From: a virus
Lineage: Duplodnaviria > Caudoviricetes
Length of the DNA stretch: 61,105 bases
Strand: one strand, 5' to 3'
IMG/VR virus record: IMGVR_UViG_3300025771_000029
Coordinates: 1-61,105 of that record
Positions 45,325 to 54,724 of the stretch are shown here, in pieces. How positions within the stretch are numbered: the stretch's first letter is position 1; each line of letters begins with the position of its first letter. The position numbers were made by a program, and so were the translations under genes. The notes beneath the pieces are model-generated. The model had not been told where the DNA came from, ran no database searches, and saw only the letters and a list, made by a program, of their open reading frames with translations.

Positions 45325-47409
45325 GTGATGTCAATTGCTGAAGGGGCTACCAGCGCGATTTCTATGTTTCAAGCTATGCAGAGAAACCGCATGGCTAGGG
45401 ACGAGCTTGAGTATCAGCGGCAGCAGGATGCGATAAATCGTGCGGATCGGCTAGCAGAATCACGGGCGCTTGCTGAATATCGGAGAGATATTTTAGATGG
45501 GCAAGAAGCAACGAGGGCGTTAGCAGAAAGACAATACGACGAAGCAGCTCCGTTTCGGGCACAAAACTTACGTAAAACAACGGCTGAAGCTGACCGCGCA
45601 GAGGTACAGGCCAGATCTGAACTGCTTACACACGATACCCGAGTAAACACGGATCTGATTGACGGGTGGACTAGTCAGAACCTTATAAATCCTAATGATT
45701 GGACTCTGCTAGACAAGCGTAGGCTAGCGGAAGGTATTCGAAATGGAGACAAGACCTCTACAGATTTAATACTTAGTCAAGCAAGTAGTCAGCTAGACCT
45801 ACCAACAGGTTCGACGGCTGTTGGGTTAGATCGACTACCGAATGGGAATTACGTCGTCAGAGTGAAGAATAGTGATGGGTCTCCAGGGGTTGTTACTGGC
45901 CCTGATGGTAGCAGTGACCCTAATGCTAAACCGGCTCAGTTTACTGCGGAGCAGTTAGCAGGCTTAGCTGAAGTGGGTTACCAGCTCGGTACGCTCGCAG
46001 CGAGCAAATATGACCCTATGCTGCTTCGCCAGTTACAAAATAAAATAGGCTTAGATGCGGATGCCGCTGAAATAGATGCCGCACTTAGCTCTGCTGCTTA
46101 CGGAAGTCAGGTGGTAAAAAGTTTGCCAGCCGAGGCGCAACGATCCGCTATGAGTGTGATCGCTGCTGCTGAGACGGTCGAAGAGCGCGCCGAAGTGATA
46201 GATGCGATAGCACAAGATGCCGGTATGCCGCCACAAGCGCAGGCTTTGTTAGAGCAGCGCAGACAGGCGCAAGAAAAAGGGAAGCTGGGCGGCAATCGGG
46301 AACGTACTACGGCAAGAATTGCTGAAATCGATGCAGAACTCGCTGAGCTTGGTTTTAACAGCAGTGGTGCTCGCACGGAGGCGGCGAATCTTGTTGCCGC
46401 CACAGAAAGTGCGTCTGCAGAAGAGCTAAGTCAGGCCATTCAAAGCGGGCAACTCAAAGTCACGCCAGAGGTCACTAAATTAACTGCGGATATGCTCCGT
46501 GGCAAAGGTATCGAAGAACTCCAGCAGCTCAAACGGCTCAACAACACTGAGCGCTCTTTAGCTATTGCGGTTATGGCGGCTTCGACAACAGATCCAGCAA
46601 CTCAGCGCGCTTTGTTAGACAACATAGATAACATCATGGAAACCGGCTCACCGTCCATGAGCCGGAAGGATAGTATTAGTGCCAGACAGACTGATGAGCA
46701 GATAACCCAAGCCGAGGAAAGGCTCGCTCAGTCGGAAGCGCGGTTACGGATTGATATGGCTAAATTTAGGCGCGAACTTTCGAAAGACGGTCAGGCTAGA
46801 ACTGATGGAATGGTTGAAGGCCTGCAAGAAATAAGAAAAACGACCGAAACTATGTTTTTCGATGAAAACGGAAAGTTCAGAGACCCGTGGTCCGGTTCTG
46901 CACCCATAGCAGACAAGTGGGCAAAAACAGTTTTGCCTGACCTTCAAGCACAGCTATCGAAGATAGAATTAGGTAGAGATGGACAGCCCATAAACCCTGA
47001 TCAAATAGCAGAATATCAAGCGCTGCGGGCCGCAATAACGCAAGGCGTTGGTCTGTCATTAGCCGCCTACGCAAATAATTTTGATTGGTTTACGTCTATT
47101 GGGGTTCTTCCGGTCCCAAATCTTGGCGACATATTGAATCTTAGAGGCTGGTTGCCGTTTGATCGCGGAGAAGCTGATCAGTCTGCGGTTTCCACTGATT
47201 TTATAGGCGACCGTATCGAATTGGTTACGGCAGACGGTAGCATCAATGGCCGACCTAAAACATTTTATTACCTCGACGTTAGGGGAAATCGTACAGACCG
47301 AGGCGTAGATGCAAGTGAAATAGAAGCAAATCTCGGGAAAGAAATGTATACCTGGATGGTAGACGCTGGGAGACGCCGGTTATCACGGATTGCAGAAGAG
47401 GGTAAGTAA
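45325..47409 (+). CDS. Internal virion/ejection protein
   Basis: 694 aa helical/coiled-coil protein. Confidence 0.55.
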   Translation: MMSIAEGATSAISMFQAMQRNRMARDELEYQRQQDAINRADRLAESRALAEYRRDILDGQEATRALAERQYDEAAPFRAQNLRKTTAEADRAEVQARSELLTHDTRVNTDLIDGWTSQNLINPNDWTLLDKRRLAEGIRNGDKTSTDLILSQASSQLDLPTGSTAVGLDRLPNGNYVVRVKNSDGSPGVVTGPDGSSDPNAKPAQFTAEQLAGLAEVGYQLGTLAASKYDPMLLRQLQNKIGLDADAAEIDAALSSAAYGSQVVKSLPAEAQRSAMSVIAAAETVEERAEVIDAIAQDAGMPPQAQALLEQRRQAQEKGKLGGNRERTTARIAEIDAELAELGFNSSGARTEAANLVAATESASAEELSQAIQSGQLKVTPEVTKLTADMLRGKGIEELQQLKRLNNTERSLAIAVMAASTTDPATQRALLDNIDNIMETGSPSMSRKDSISARQTDEQITQAEERLAQSEARLRIDMAKFRRELSKDGQARTDGMVEGLQEIRKTTETMFFDENGKFRDPWSGSAPIADKWAKTVLPDLQAQLSKIELGRDGQPINPDQIAEYQALRAAITQGVGLSLAAYANNFDWFTSIGVLPVPNLGDILNLRGWLPFDRGEADQSAVSTDFIGDRIELVTADGSINGRPKTFYYLDVRGNRTDRGVDASEIEANLGKEMYTWMVDAGRRRLSRIAEEGK

Positions 47410-50400
47410 GTGGCCGTCGATCCGCTGCGTCAGTTTCTAGAGGCTGATTTTCCTGCGGATAATCAGGAGCCTATAGATCCGCAAGGTGTAAGCAATGCAC
47501 CGCGCGCAGCTTTACCGTTACCGGGAGTATTTGACGCGCAAGTCAAAGCCTCTACGGCGGGTTTTGAGGCTGATCTCGAATACTTTAAAGCATTGGGTAA
47601 TACACTCATAGGCGACGACGAGGCTGCAGTTGAAAATATTCGGCAGGCTCGTTACGACGAAGTCCGTGCGGCAAATGCTTCAGAGGGGATACAGCCTTTC
47701 GAAGAGTTTTTAGACGCGCCTACTTGGGAAGGATTTGCAACTCAACTAACCAAAGCACCTGCACAGCTTCTTCCGTATGCCTTAACTTCTATTGCGGGCG
47801 GTGTTATAGGCGGAGTAACGGCGGTGGCAGGCAAAGCTGCTTTCTCGACTGTCACGAAAAAAGCCGCCGAGAAAATTGTCAAAGATGCCCTTCGTAAAAC
47901 AGCCAATAAAACAGCCACGCCCGATGAGCAAAAACTAGCGCAAGCTGCCTACACTACATTCAAACGCGGGGCTATTACCGGTGCTTTCGGATCTGAGTTC
48001 GTGCCACTAGCAGGGTCGAATTTGTCCGAAGCGTTAGATTCCGGTCAGGAGTTGGACCGTGGTCAAGCTTTGCGAGCAGCGGGCGTTGCGGTCCCGCAAG
48101 CCGCATTAGGTGTTGGGGGGGATGTCGCTTTCCTAAAATTGTTGGGCGATGTTGCAGCGCGACGGACTGTAAAAGCAGACAGTATTTATGGTCAGTTAGC
48201 AGCAGATATTAGTCGTAGTGCCGGAAAAGGGGGCGTCATTCAAACAGCCTCTGAAATGGCCCAAGAAGAGATCGCCATACAAAATCGATTTGACCTCGAC
48301 GAAACCTACACACAGGAAGACGCAAATTTACGAAGATTAGAAACCGCGTTCACATCACTTATTGGAGGAACAGCGTTAGGTGGTACTACAGGAGCGGCTG
48401 GTTCTGTAGTTGGAAATCGTAATGAGATCGCGCAAGCTGTTGGTGAATCTCTGTCGCAGCCGGTGAAAGGTGCTACGGAACAGGTAGCGACAATATTTGA
48501 TAAAGCCCGCCGTTATATGGATGACGCTCAGACGCAACGCACTGAAGAGGCGATTGCTGAAGAGACGGTGGGCGACGTACCAGAGGGACAGACTCAGCCC
48601 GAAGCGGCGGCGGACATTAATGCTCAGCTGAGCGCAATGGTGAACCCAACCAGTAAGAAGCAAGCGGTATGGGTATCTGGTGATGAAGCTCAGTACAGCG
48701 CTCGCCCCAACAAATCCACTGAGATTACTGTAGATGGTCAGCTGGCATTTGCAGCTTTCATACCCGGTCGTGGGACAATCGTCAGTACTAGTCGGAAAAT
48801 AGTCGACGAGGTAGTAGCGTCTGGAGCTTCAGATGAGGCGGTCGGTGCCGCGCTTGGGTATAGCAACGTAAAACCCCAGAGTTTTGGAAGCGGTGAATCG
48901 TTGTTAGTAGCGCGGGCGCTAGATGCAGACGGTAACGTCGTCTCTGAGGAGCTAGCCAGCGAGGACACCATAGACGCGGCTATGGAGGCAGCGCGCGGCT
49001 TGATGCCAGAGGGCGGCAGCGTGCAGCGCGTCGATGCCGAACAAGCACTCGAAGAGCGCGCCAAGCGGTTTAATGGAGAGCGAGGACCGACTGTAGAGCC
49101 TGTCGATGACGACCCTGACTCTTTCGACGCTCCCGATCAAACAGAAACACCTACATTTGGCTCTGAGTTTGAAGAGTTGTCTGCCTTGAAGTCAGAGCTC
49201 GCGATGACTGAACAGGAAGGTGAGCGCACCATAGTCGAAACTTATGCGCCTAAGACTGATCCTGCGCGAACGTTCGACAACACTGAACAGGCTAGAGCAG
49301 ATTATGTAGCGGCGTTTGGTGAAACAGACTTCAATTCGCCAGAGTTTGCGGGCGTCAGTGAGTCTACGTTAAATCGCGCGGTCCAAGAGTCCCGAAATAA
49401 CCCGAACTCAATCGTTGAGATCACCAAGAACCAAGACGGGCAGTTTGAGGTTGTGCGGACAGATTTTGACAAGCTTTATCGGTTCCAAGCTGGCGGCAAA
49501 GAGCTGCGTCTTACGCTGCCTGAGTTTATTAGCCGGGCTATTACTAAGGCGAAGCAGGGCAAGTTCTCGCGTCAGTCTGGCGTTGTTTTAATCGCGCCTG
49601 ACGGTAAGACCCATCGCATCAATCTGGCAGACCTGACTTTCTCTGGGCAGAGGTTGGTAGAGAACAGAGAAGGTAAGCCCTTTGTCGGCGCAGAGCCGAT
49701 ACAGTCCGCACAGCAAGGCCTGTCAGAAGTGCTGGGTGACCTACTTCTTGAGGGGTATCAGGTTGAGGTGCTCGGTCAGCCTATAAATGAGGTGTTAAGT
49801 GGTCGGGTGGACGAGCGGTTAAATGTACCCGCCGCTAGGATCGCAGGGCAGACGGTTGGTCTCGCGGACCTGTTTAACGGTGTGAAAGATCCCGGCAAAC
49901 AGCGGTTCCTTACCGAAGATCAGAAGGCTGAAAATAAACGTCAGTTGCGTCAGACCTACAACGACCCCGCACTGCGGCAGATCGTGCCGTATCAAATGCC
50001 CCGCGAGACACGTAGCGAGGAAGTAGTCCCAGGTGACCCTGACTACGTTGAGGGACAACGTACCTTTAGGCAAGTGCCGATAGAACAAGCTGCCGAGGGA
50101 AGGACAGAGACAGAAGTTTTTGCTGGCGACCCCCGCGACGATATCGATCCTGATCGACGCACTGGCTCCGCACCTTCTACTGGTACAGGAGAGACAGCAG
50201 CGGACCCTGTGTCTGTGCCCCCACCGCGAGAAGATCCACAGGGCTTTGACGACCCTCTTGTGCGAAGCCTAATCAACGATGCGCTCGACGCCGTTAAGCT
50301 CGTAAACCCCCCGCGTATTTTTAATCTGGAGCGACTGACGCAGCTGTCGGACGCGCAGCTTTCTCGGTTGTTTTCCGAAGTCGAGCTTGTTGCAGTGCAG

Positions 50401-52992
50401 CGAATGATACAGCGGCAGCTAGACAATCTTGAAATTGGCGGCAGTTACGACGGCAAAGTAAATATCGCTGTTATTAACCCGACTGGCAACGCTCTTAGTG
50501 ATGCTATGACAGCTGCCCATGAAATCGGACACGCGGTGTATCAGCAGGAGCAACAGGCCGCGTTAGAGAACGACGCACTCCGACCACGGCTTGTTGAGTC
50601 TTACAAACGACATCCCAAGCATGATCGGTATGTCGAACTCTACGGCTTCGAGAAAGGCTTTGAAGAGTGGTACGCAGATCAGCTGTCTCGCTGGGCGACT
50701 AAGCGGTACGCAAATAAAGCCGCCAAAAATATGGTTGATAAGCATTTCAAAGAGCTTGTAGAAAAGCTCAAAAAAATGTGGCGAGCCATGAAGCAGGGAT
50801 TCCGAGCACGTAAAGGACCAAAATCACCCGAGTTTGAACAGTACATCGAAGGCGTGGTGGCTTCTAAGAAACAAAGCGCGTTCGTAAATGAAGTAGTGCG
50901 AGGGCAGGTTAAGTATCAGTACGGGGGCAGGCCAGCGCCTACCCAAATAACTGGGCAAGTTCAGGAAGATGCAGGTCCAGCACCCTCAGAGCCACCGCTT
51001 ACCTTTACCGAAAAAGCCATGCCGCATGCGGTTAAAGAGGCTGTCGTCAAAGAGGGCGGCGAAGCGTTGGCGCGCCACTGGGAACGCAGCATTAGCCGTG
51101 CGTCTCGACCTTTGATGAAGTTTGTTGCAACCGCAGACGGCGTGCTGCGAATGCATGCAGGAAACCGAGTCGCGGACATGTTTTACCGTCGCTCTCAAGA
51201 AGATGGGTCTGGCGGTAATTTAGGCATGTTGCGGGCATCGGCGTTGAAAGTGGCAGAGTTTCAGAACACATTCGAAGATACGGTCGGAAGTTTAGATGAC
51301 CCAGAGGTAAAGGATGCGTTGCGTGAGGCCGCGTCGTCTGACGCTACAGAGACGCTGTCTCCCAAGGCTCAGCAAGTGAGACAGTTTTTACAAGACGTGT
51401 ATACCGACTATATCCAGCCGTCGAATACAGACATCGGTTTCCAGAAAGATTACTTCCCGGTCTTGCTGAACATGCTGGAAATTGAAAACCGGACGGAAGA
51501 GTTCAAGAACTTGATTCTTGCTGAGCAGCAAGGCATCTCACCAGCCCGTGCAGAGGCGGCTATCTATCGGTTGCGACAGTACAGCCAAGCGATGCGCGAC
51601 GACAAGCCGGTTGATTATGACCCTACTAACCCAGCGGCAGGCGTTGAGCAGGACATTATGCTCACGCGCGGTATCGACCGTAAAACGCTACAAGACGCGG
51701 GCTTCCTGCAAGAACCAGAGGAAGCGTTGGTGTCCTATTTGCGCCACGTTGCAAAGCGTGTTGAGTTCAACAAAGCAACTAACAACGGCCTCGCGCTGAA
51801 AGAAGAGCTGTCGAAACTTTCTGAAGAGGATAGAGCGGCAACGCTAGAGGTGCTGAATGCTTACATGGGCTATCAGTCCAGTCCGATCAGCCCGCTATGG
51901 CGAAAGCTCAACAGCTACGGTCAGTTTCTGCAGTTCGTCACGATTCTGCCTTTTGCCACTATTGCGTCACTCACCGACCTTGCGGGTCCGGTAATCAACT
52001 CAAAAGAGTTTTCTCTTCATACCTTCGGTATGGCGATGAAACAGATCAAAGACGGCTTGCGTGATCCTGAAGAGCGAAGACAGTTTGCAAGGGATGTTGG
52101 GGTTGTAACGAACGAGACCGTCGCTAATGGCTGGGTCACTCAGGCCGAGCAGGATTACATGGACCCGAAAGTTCGAAAGCTGTCGGACGCGTATTTTAGG
52201 GTCATCATGCTGGATCAGTTCACGCGGTTTAGCCGTGAGTTTGCAGCAGGCATGGGTGCTTCATTTATCACGCACCATGCGCGGAACGAATTTGATAACC
52301 CCCGTTCTGAGCGCTACCTGCGTGAGCTCGGTCTGACTGCCGAAGATGTAAACAAGTGGAACAAAGAGGGCCGTAAGTTCTCGACCCCTGAAGGTAAAAA
52401 GGTGAAGCAGGCCATCCAGCGTTTCACTGAGTCTTCGATCCTGCGACCCAATGCTGCTGAGCGACCGATCTGGGCATCTGATCCACGGTGGGCGTTGGTC
52501 TGGCAGTTGAAGTCTTACTTCTACGCTTATTCAAAAGTCATCGGCGGCGGAATCGTTCGAGAAGCGCAGTCGCGGATGGCAGAGAACCCCGGCGAACTCA
52601 ACGCGGCGCAGATTAGCGCGACGCTGAGTGTGTTCGCATTGGCAGCGGTCGCAACGATGCCGCTCGCCATGTTGGGCATGGAACTGCGCGAGTACGCGAA
52701 GACAGGGCTAGCGTGGGCGCTCCCCGGTGTCGAGCCGAAAGCGCGGTACTTCAGAACCGACCGCATGGATTGGGACGAGTACCTGTTCGAGACCATTGAC
52801 CGGTCAGGTTTCTTAGGCCCGCTGTCACTTGGAGTAATGGCACATCAACAGTATGAATGGGATGGCCCGATTGGCGGGGCCACTTCAATTCTTGGTCCAA
52901 CTGCAGAAACGATCACAGAAGCGTTAGAGAACGGTTGGCGTGTAGATCGCACGTTAAAAGATCGCTTGTTACCTGTTTACAACGTCCTATGA
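47410..52992 (+). CDS. Large internal virion (DNA ejection/polyvalent) protein
   Basis: 1860 aa; Gly/Ala hydrophobic segments, HEIGH zincin motif, Q.KS..Y C-terminal region. Confidence 0.7.
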   Translation: MAVDPLRQFLEADFPADNQEPIDPQGVSNAPRAALPLPGVFDAQVKASTAGFEADLEYFKALGNTLIGDDEAAVENIRQARYDEVRAANASEGIQPFEEFLDAPTWEGFATQLTKAPAQLLPYALTSIAGGVIGGVTAVAGKAAFSTVTKKAAEKIVKDALRKTANKTATPDEQKLAQAAYTTFKRGAITGAFGSEFVPLAGSNLSEALDSGQELDRGQALRAAGVAVPQAALGVGGDVAFLKLLGDVAARRTVKADSIYGQLAADISRSAGKGGVIQTASEMAQEEIAIQNRFDLDETYTQEDANLRRLETAFTSLIGGTALGGTTGAAGSVVGNRNEIAQAVGESLSQPVKGATEQVATIFDKARRYMDDAQTQRTEEAIAEETVGDVPEGQTQPEAAADINAQLSAMVNPTSKKQAVWVSGDEAQYSARPNKSTEITVDGQLAFAAFIPGRGTIVSTSRKIVDEVVASGASDEAVGAALGYSNVKPQSFGSGESLLVARALDADGNVVSEELASEDTIDAAMEAARGLMPEGGSVQRVDAEQALEERAKRFNGERGPTVEPVDDDPDSFDAPDQTETPTFGSEFEELSALKSELAMTEQEGERTIVETYAPKTDPARTFDNTEQARADYVAAFGETDFNSPEFAGVSESTLNRAVQESRNNPNSIVEITKNQDGQFEVVRTDFDKLYRFQAGGKELRLTLPEFISRAITKAKQGKFSRQSGVVLIAPDGKTHRINLADLTFSGQRLVENREGKPFVGAEPIQSAQQGLSEVLGDLLLEGYQVEVLGQPINEVLSGRVDERLNVPAARIAGQTVGLADLFNGVKDPGKQRFLTEDQKAENKRQLRQTYNDPALRQIVPYQMPRETRSEEVVPGDPDYVEGQRTFRQVPIEQAAEGRTETEVFAGDPRDDIDPDRRTGSAPSTGTGETAADPVSVPPPREDPQGFDDPLVRSLINDALDAVKLVNPPRIFNLERLTQLSDAQLSRLFSEVELVAVQRMIQRQLDNLEIGGSYDGKVNIAVINPTGNALSDAMTAAHEIGHAVYQQEQQAALENDALRPRLVESYKRHPKHDRYVELYGFEKGFEEWYADQLSRWATKRYANKAAKNMVDKHFKELVEKLKKMWRAMKQGFRARKGPKSPEFEQYIEGVVASKKQSAFVNEVVRGQVKYQYGGRPAPTQITGQVQEDAGPAPSEPPLTFTEKAMPHAVKEAVVKEGGEALARHWERSISRASRPLMKFVATADGVLRMHAGNRVADMFYRRSQEDGSGGNLGMLRASALKVAEFQNTFEDTVGSLDDPEVKDALREAASSDATETLSPKAQQVRQFLQDVYTDYIQPSNTDIGFQKDYFPVLLNMLEIENRTEEFKNLILAEQQGISPARAEAAIYRLRQYSQAMRDDKPVDYDPTNPAAGVEQDIMLTRGIDRKTLQDAGFLQEPEEALVSYLRHVAKRVEFNKATNNGLALKEELSKLSEEDRAATLEVLNAYMGYQSSPISPLWRKLNSYGQFLQFVTILPFATIASLTDLAGPVINSKEFSLHTFGMAMKQIKDGLRDPEERRQFARDVGVVTNETVANGWVTQAEQDYMDPKVRKLSDAYFRVIMLDQFTRFSREFAAGMGASFITHHARNEFDNPRSERYLRELGLTAEDVNKWNKEGRKFSTPEGKKVKQAIQRFTESSILRPNAAERPIWASDPRWALVWQLKSYFYAYSKVIGGGIVREAQSRMAENPGELNAAQISATLSVFALAAVATMPLAMLGMELREYAKTGLAWALPGVEPKARYFRTDRMDWDEYLFETIDRSGFLGPLSLGVMAHQQYEWDGPIGGATSILGPTAETITEALENGWRVDRTLKDRLLPVYNVL

Positions 52993-53002
52993 GGGGAAGG
53001 TC

Positions 53003-53383
53003 ATGAAAAAAACAGCACTAGCAGCATTACTCGCGGCAAGCGCCGCGTCAGCGGAAACCGTTATTAACTATGACGACGGGTCTACATACACGCTGAAAAC
53101 TAATCAGGAGATTTACATCAGCACTCCAAATAGCGCTTTATTCAAGCGGCAACTGATGAAGAACAAGGATACGTTTTTTCGTGTCCAAAAGCCTTGGTCT
53201 AAGCGTGATTATGTCCCCGATCCAGATGGTACTGATGACATGGCTATAGGCTCCCATGAATGGTGTAAAGCCTATATCCCATGGCACGAAGGTTTAACTT
53301 TCGACATGATTTCGTGGCAGCGGGCGTGTGACACCAACAACGACGGCAAATACGACGAAAATGATGACGGTTGGGGTGAGTAA
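53003..53383 (+). CDS. Secreted protein with signal peptide
   Basis: MKKTALAALLAASAASA; DTNNDGKYD Ca-binding-like motif. Confidence 0.65.
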   Translation: MKKTALAALLAASAASAETVINYDDGSTYTLKTNQEIYISTPNSALFKRQLMKNKDTFFRVQKPWSKRDYVPDPDGTDDMAIGSHEWCKAYIPWHEGLTFDMISWQRACDTNNDGKYDENDDGWGE

Positions 53384-53784
53384 TGCTTGAAGCATTAATC
53401 GGCCCCGTCACGGGGCTTCTCGACAAGTTCATCCCTGACGCAGATGAGCGTAATCGTTTGGCCCATGAGATCGCCACCATGTCCGAACGCCATGCTCACG
53501 AACTGGCGAAAGGTCAAATTGAGATAAATAAGGCCGAAGCAACGCACAAATCGATCTTTGTGGCGGGCTGGCGTCCGGCAACCGGCTGGTGCTGTTCAAT
53601 CGCCTTATTCTGGCATTTCGTTTTACAGCCATTGGCTACGTTTGTGATTGCGTACACGGGTGTGGAAGCGCCCCCGCTTCCTGAGTTTGACATGGACAGC
53701 TTGCTGACAGTGCTTCTCGGAATGTTGGGGCTTGGAGGTTTAAGGACGTTCGAAAAGACCAAAAGAGTGTCACGCGAGAAATGA
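53383..53784 (+). CDS. Holin (3TM/GTA-type)
   Basis: LDKFIPD, EIN..EA, FVAGWRP..GW and LLGMLGLGG.RT.EK motifs. Confidence 0.85.
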   Translation: MLEALIGPVTGLLDKFIPDADERNRLAHEIATMSERHAHELAKGQIEINKAEATHKSIFVAGWRPATGWCCSIALFWHFVLQPLATFVIAYTGVEAPPLPEFDMDSLLTVLLGMLGLGGLRTFEKTKRVSREK

Positions 53785-53975
53785 CGCCCGAAAACCTTAA
53801 TGCTTGGCGAATCATCCCCAGGTTATTAATGCTGGCGATGGTCGTTATGACTTATCGGGTCGTCGAGTGGTTTATGACGCTGCCCGCGCCAATGCCCGAG
53901 CAGGCGGCGATGGTATCGGTTATGACCGGAGCGCTGACTGGGGCGTTTGGCCTGTTTTTAGGGAAAAAAGAATGA
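53781..53975 (+). CDS. Small two-TM membrane protein in the lysis cassette
   Basis: WRIIPRL...WFM.L..P..EQA. Confidence 0.65.
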   Translation: MTPENLNAWRIIPRLLMLAMVVMTYRVVEWFMTLPAPMPEQAAMVSVMTGALTGAFGLFLGKKE

Positions 53976-54325
53976 GCGCGTTTAAATACTTCAAGCTGAG
54001 CGATTTTAACTGCCAAGAGACGGGTGAGAACGAGATGGATCTTGACTTCATTATGAGCTTGGATGAATTGCGAGAAGCGTGTGGCTTTCCATTTGTCATT
54101 ACTTCTGGTTATAGATCTCCCAGACACAGCCTCGAAGCTAAAAAAAGTTCCCCCGGTCAACATGCTCAAGGGATTGCAGCAGATATAGCGGTAAGTGGTG
54201 GGGCGCAGCGATGGACTATCGTAACAAAGGCGATAGAGCAAGGATTTACCGGAATTGGAGTAGCAAAAACCTTCATCCATGTGGATCGGCGTGATAGTTC
54301 TCCGATGCTATGGACTTACGTTTGA
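53972..54325 (+). CDS. Peptidase M15 endolysin
   Basis: YFK..DF.C, ITSGYR, H..G.AAD and FIHVD motifs; start at ATG 53972. Confidence 0.88.
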   Translation: MSAFKYFKLSDFNCQETGENEMDLDFIMSLDELREACGFPFVITSGYRSPRHSLEAKKSSPGQHAQGIAADIAVSGGAQRWTIVTKAIEQGFTGIGVAKTFIHVDRRDSSPMLWTYV

Positions 54326-54326
54326 C

Positions 54327-54343
54327 TATTAGCAGTGGTAATA
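54327..54343 (+). promoter_or_regulatory. Operator/promoter upstream of the fibre operon
   Basis: TATTAGC-AGT-GGTAATA; TTACGT-17-TAATAT. Confidence 0.75.
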
Positions 54344-54349
54344 TAAGAT

Positions 54350-54724
54350 ATGGCTTACTCGGATACACTCGAACTCGTTCAGGGAGATACGCTGCCAAGG
54401 GTAGTAGTTACTCTGAAAGACGCTAGCGAAGCTGCTTCGGGGGCTACGCTCGACCCTAATAATCCCGATACTTGGGCTCCCATTGACCTCAACGGGGCCA
54501 CTGTACGATTACGTATCAGGGAGCTTGGATCATCAACGGTCAAGTCGACTTTGACGATGACCATTAGTGATGCTGACAACGGGGTTGCGACGACAGATTT
54601 TCCTGCACCTGCGTTAGATACAGCGGGGATTTTCGAAGGAGAAATCGAAGCCACATTCCAAGACGGATCAATCCAGACAGTAGTTGACCTACTGAAATTA
54701 AAGGTTAGAGCCGCTTTCGGATGA
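54350..54724 (+). CDS. BppU-N-like structural protein
   Basis: LVQGDT.P...PIDL.GATVRL...G.FEGEIE.TF.DG. Confidence 0.65.
   Translation: MAYSDTLELVQGDTLPRVVVTLKDASEAASGATLDPNNPDTWAPIDLNGATVRLRIRELGSSTVKSTLTMTISDADNGVATTDFPAPALDTAGIFEGEIEATFQDGSIQTVVDLLKLKVRAAFG

Noticed and set aside
40565-52992. Classification as an N4-like phage
   Set aside because: The capsid is N4-gp56-like, but there is no ~3500-aa virion RNA polymerase or RNAP II pair
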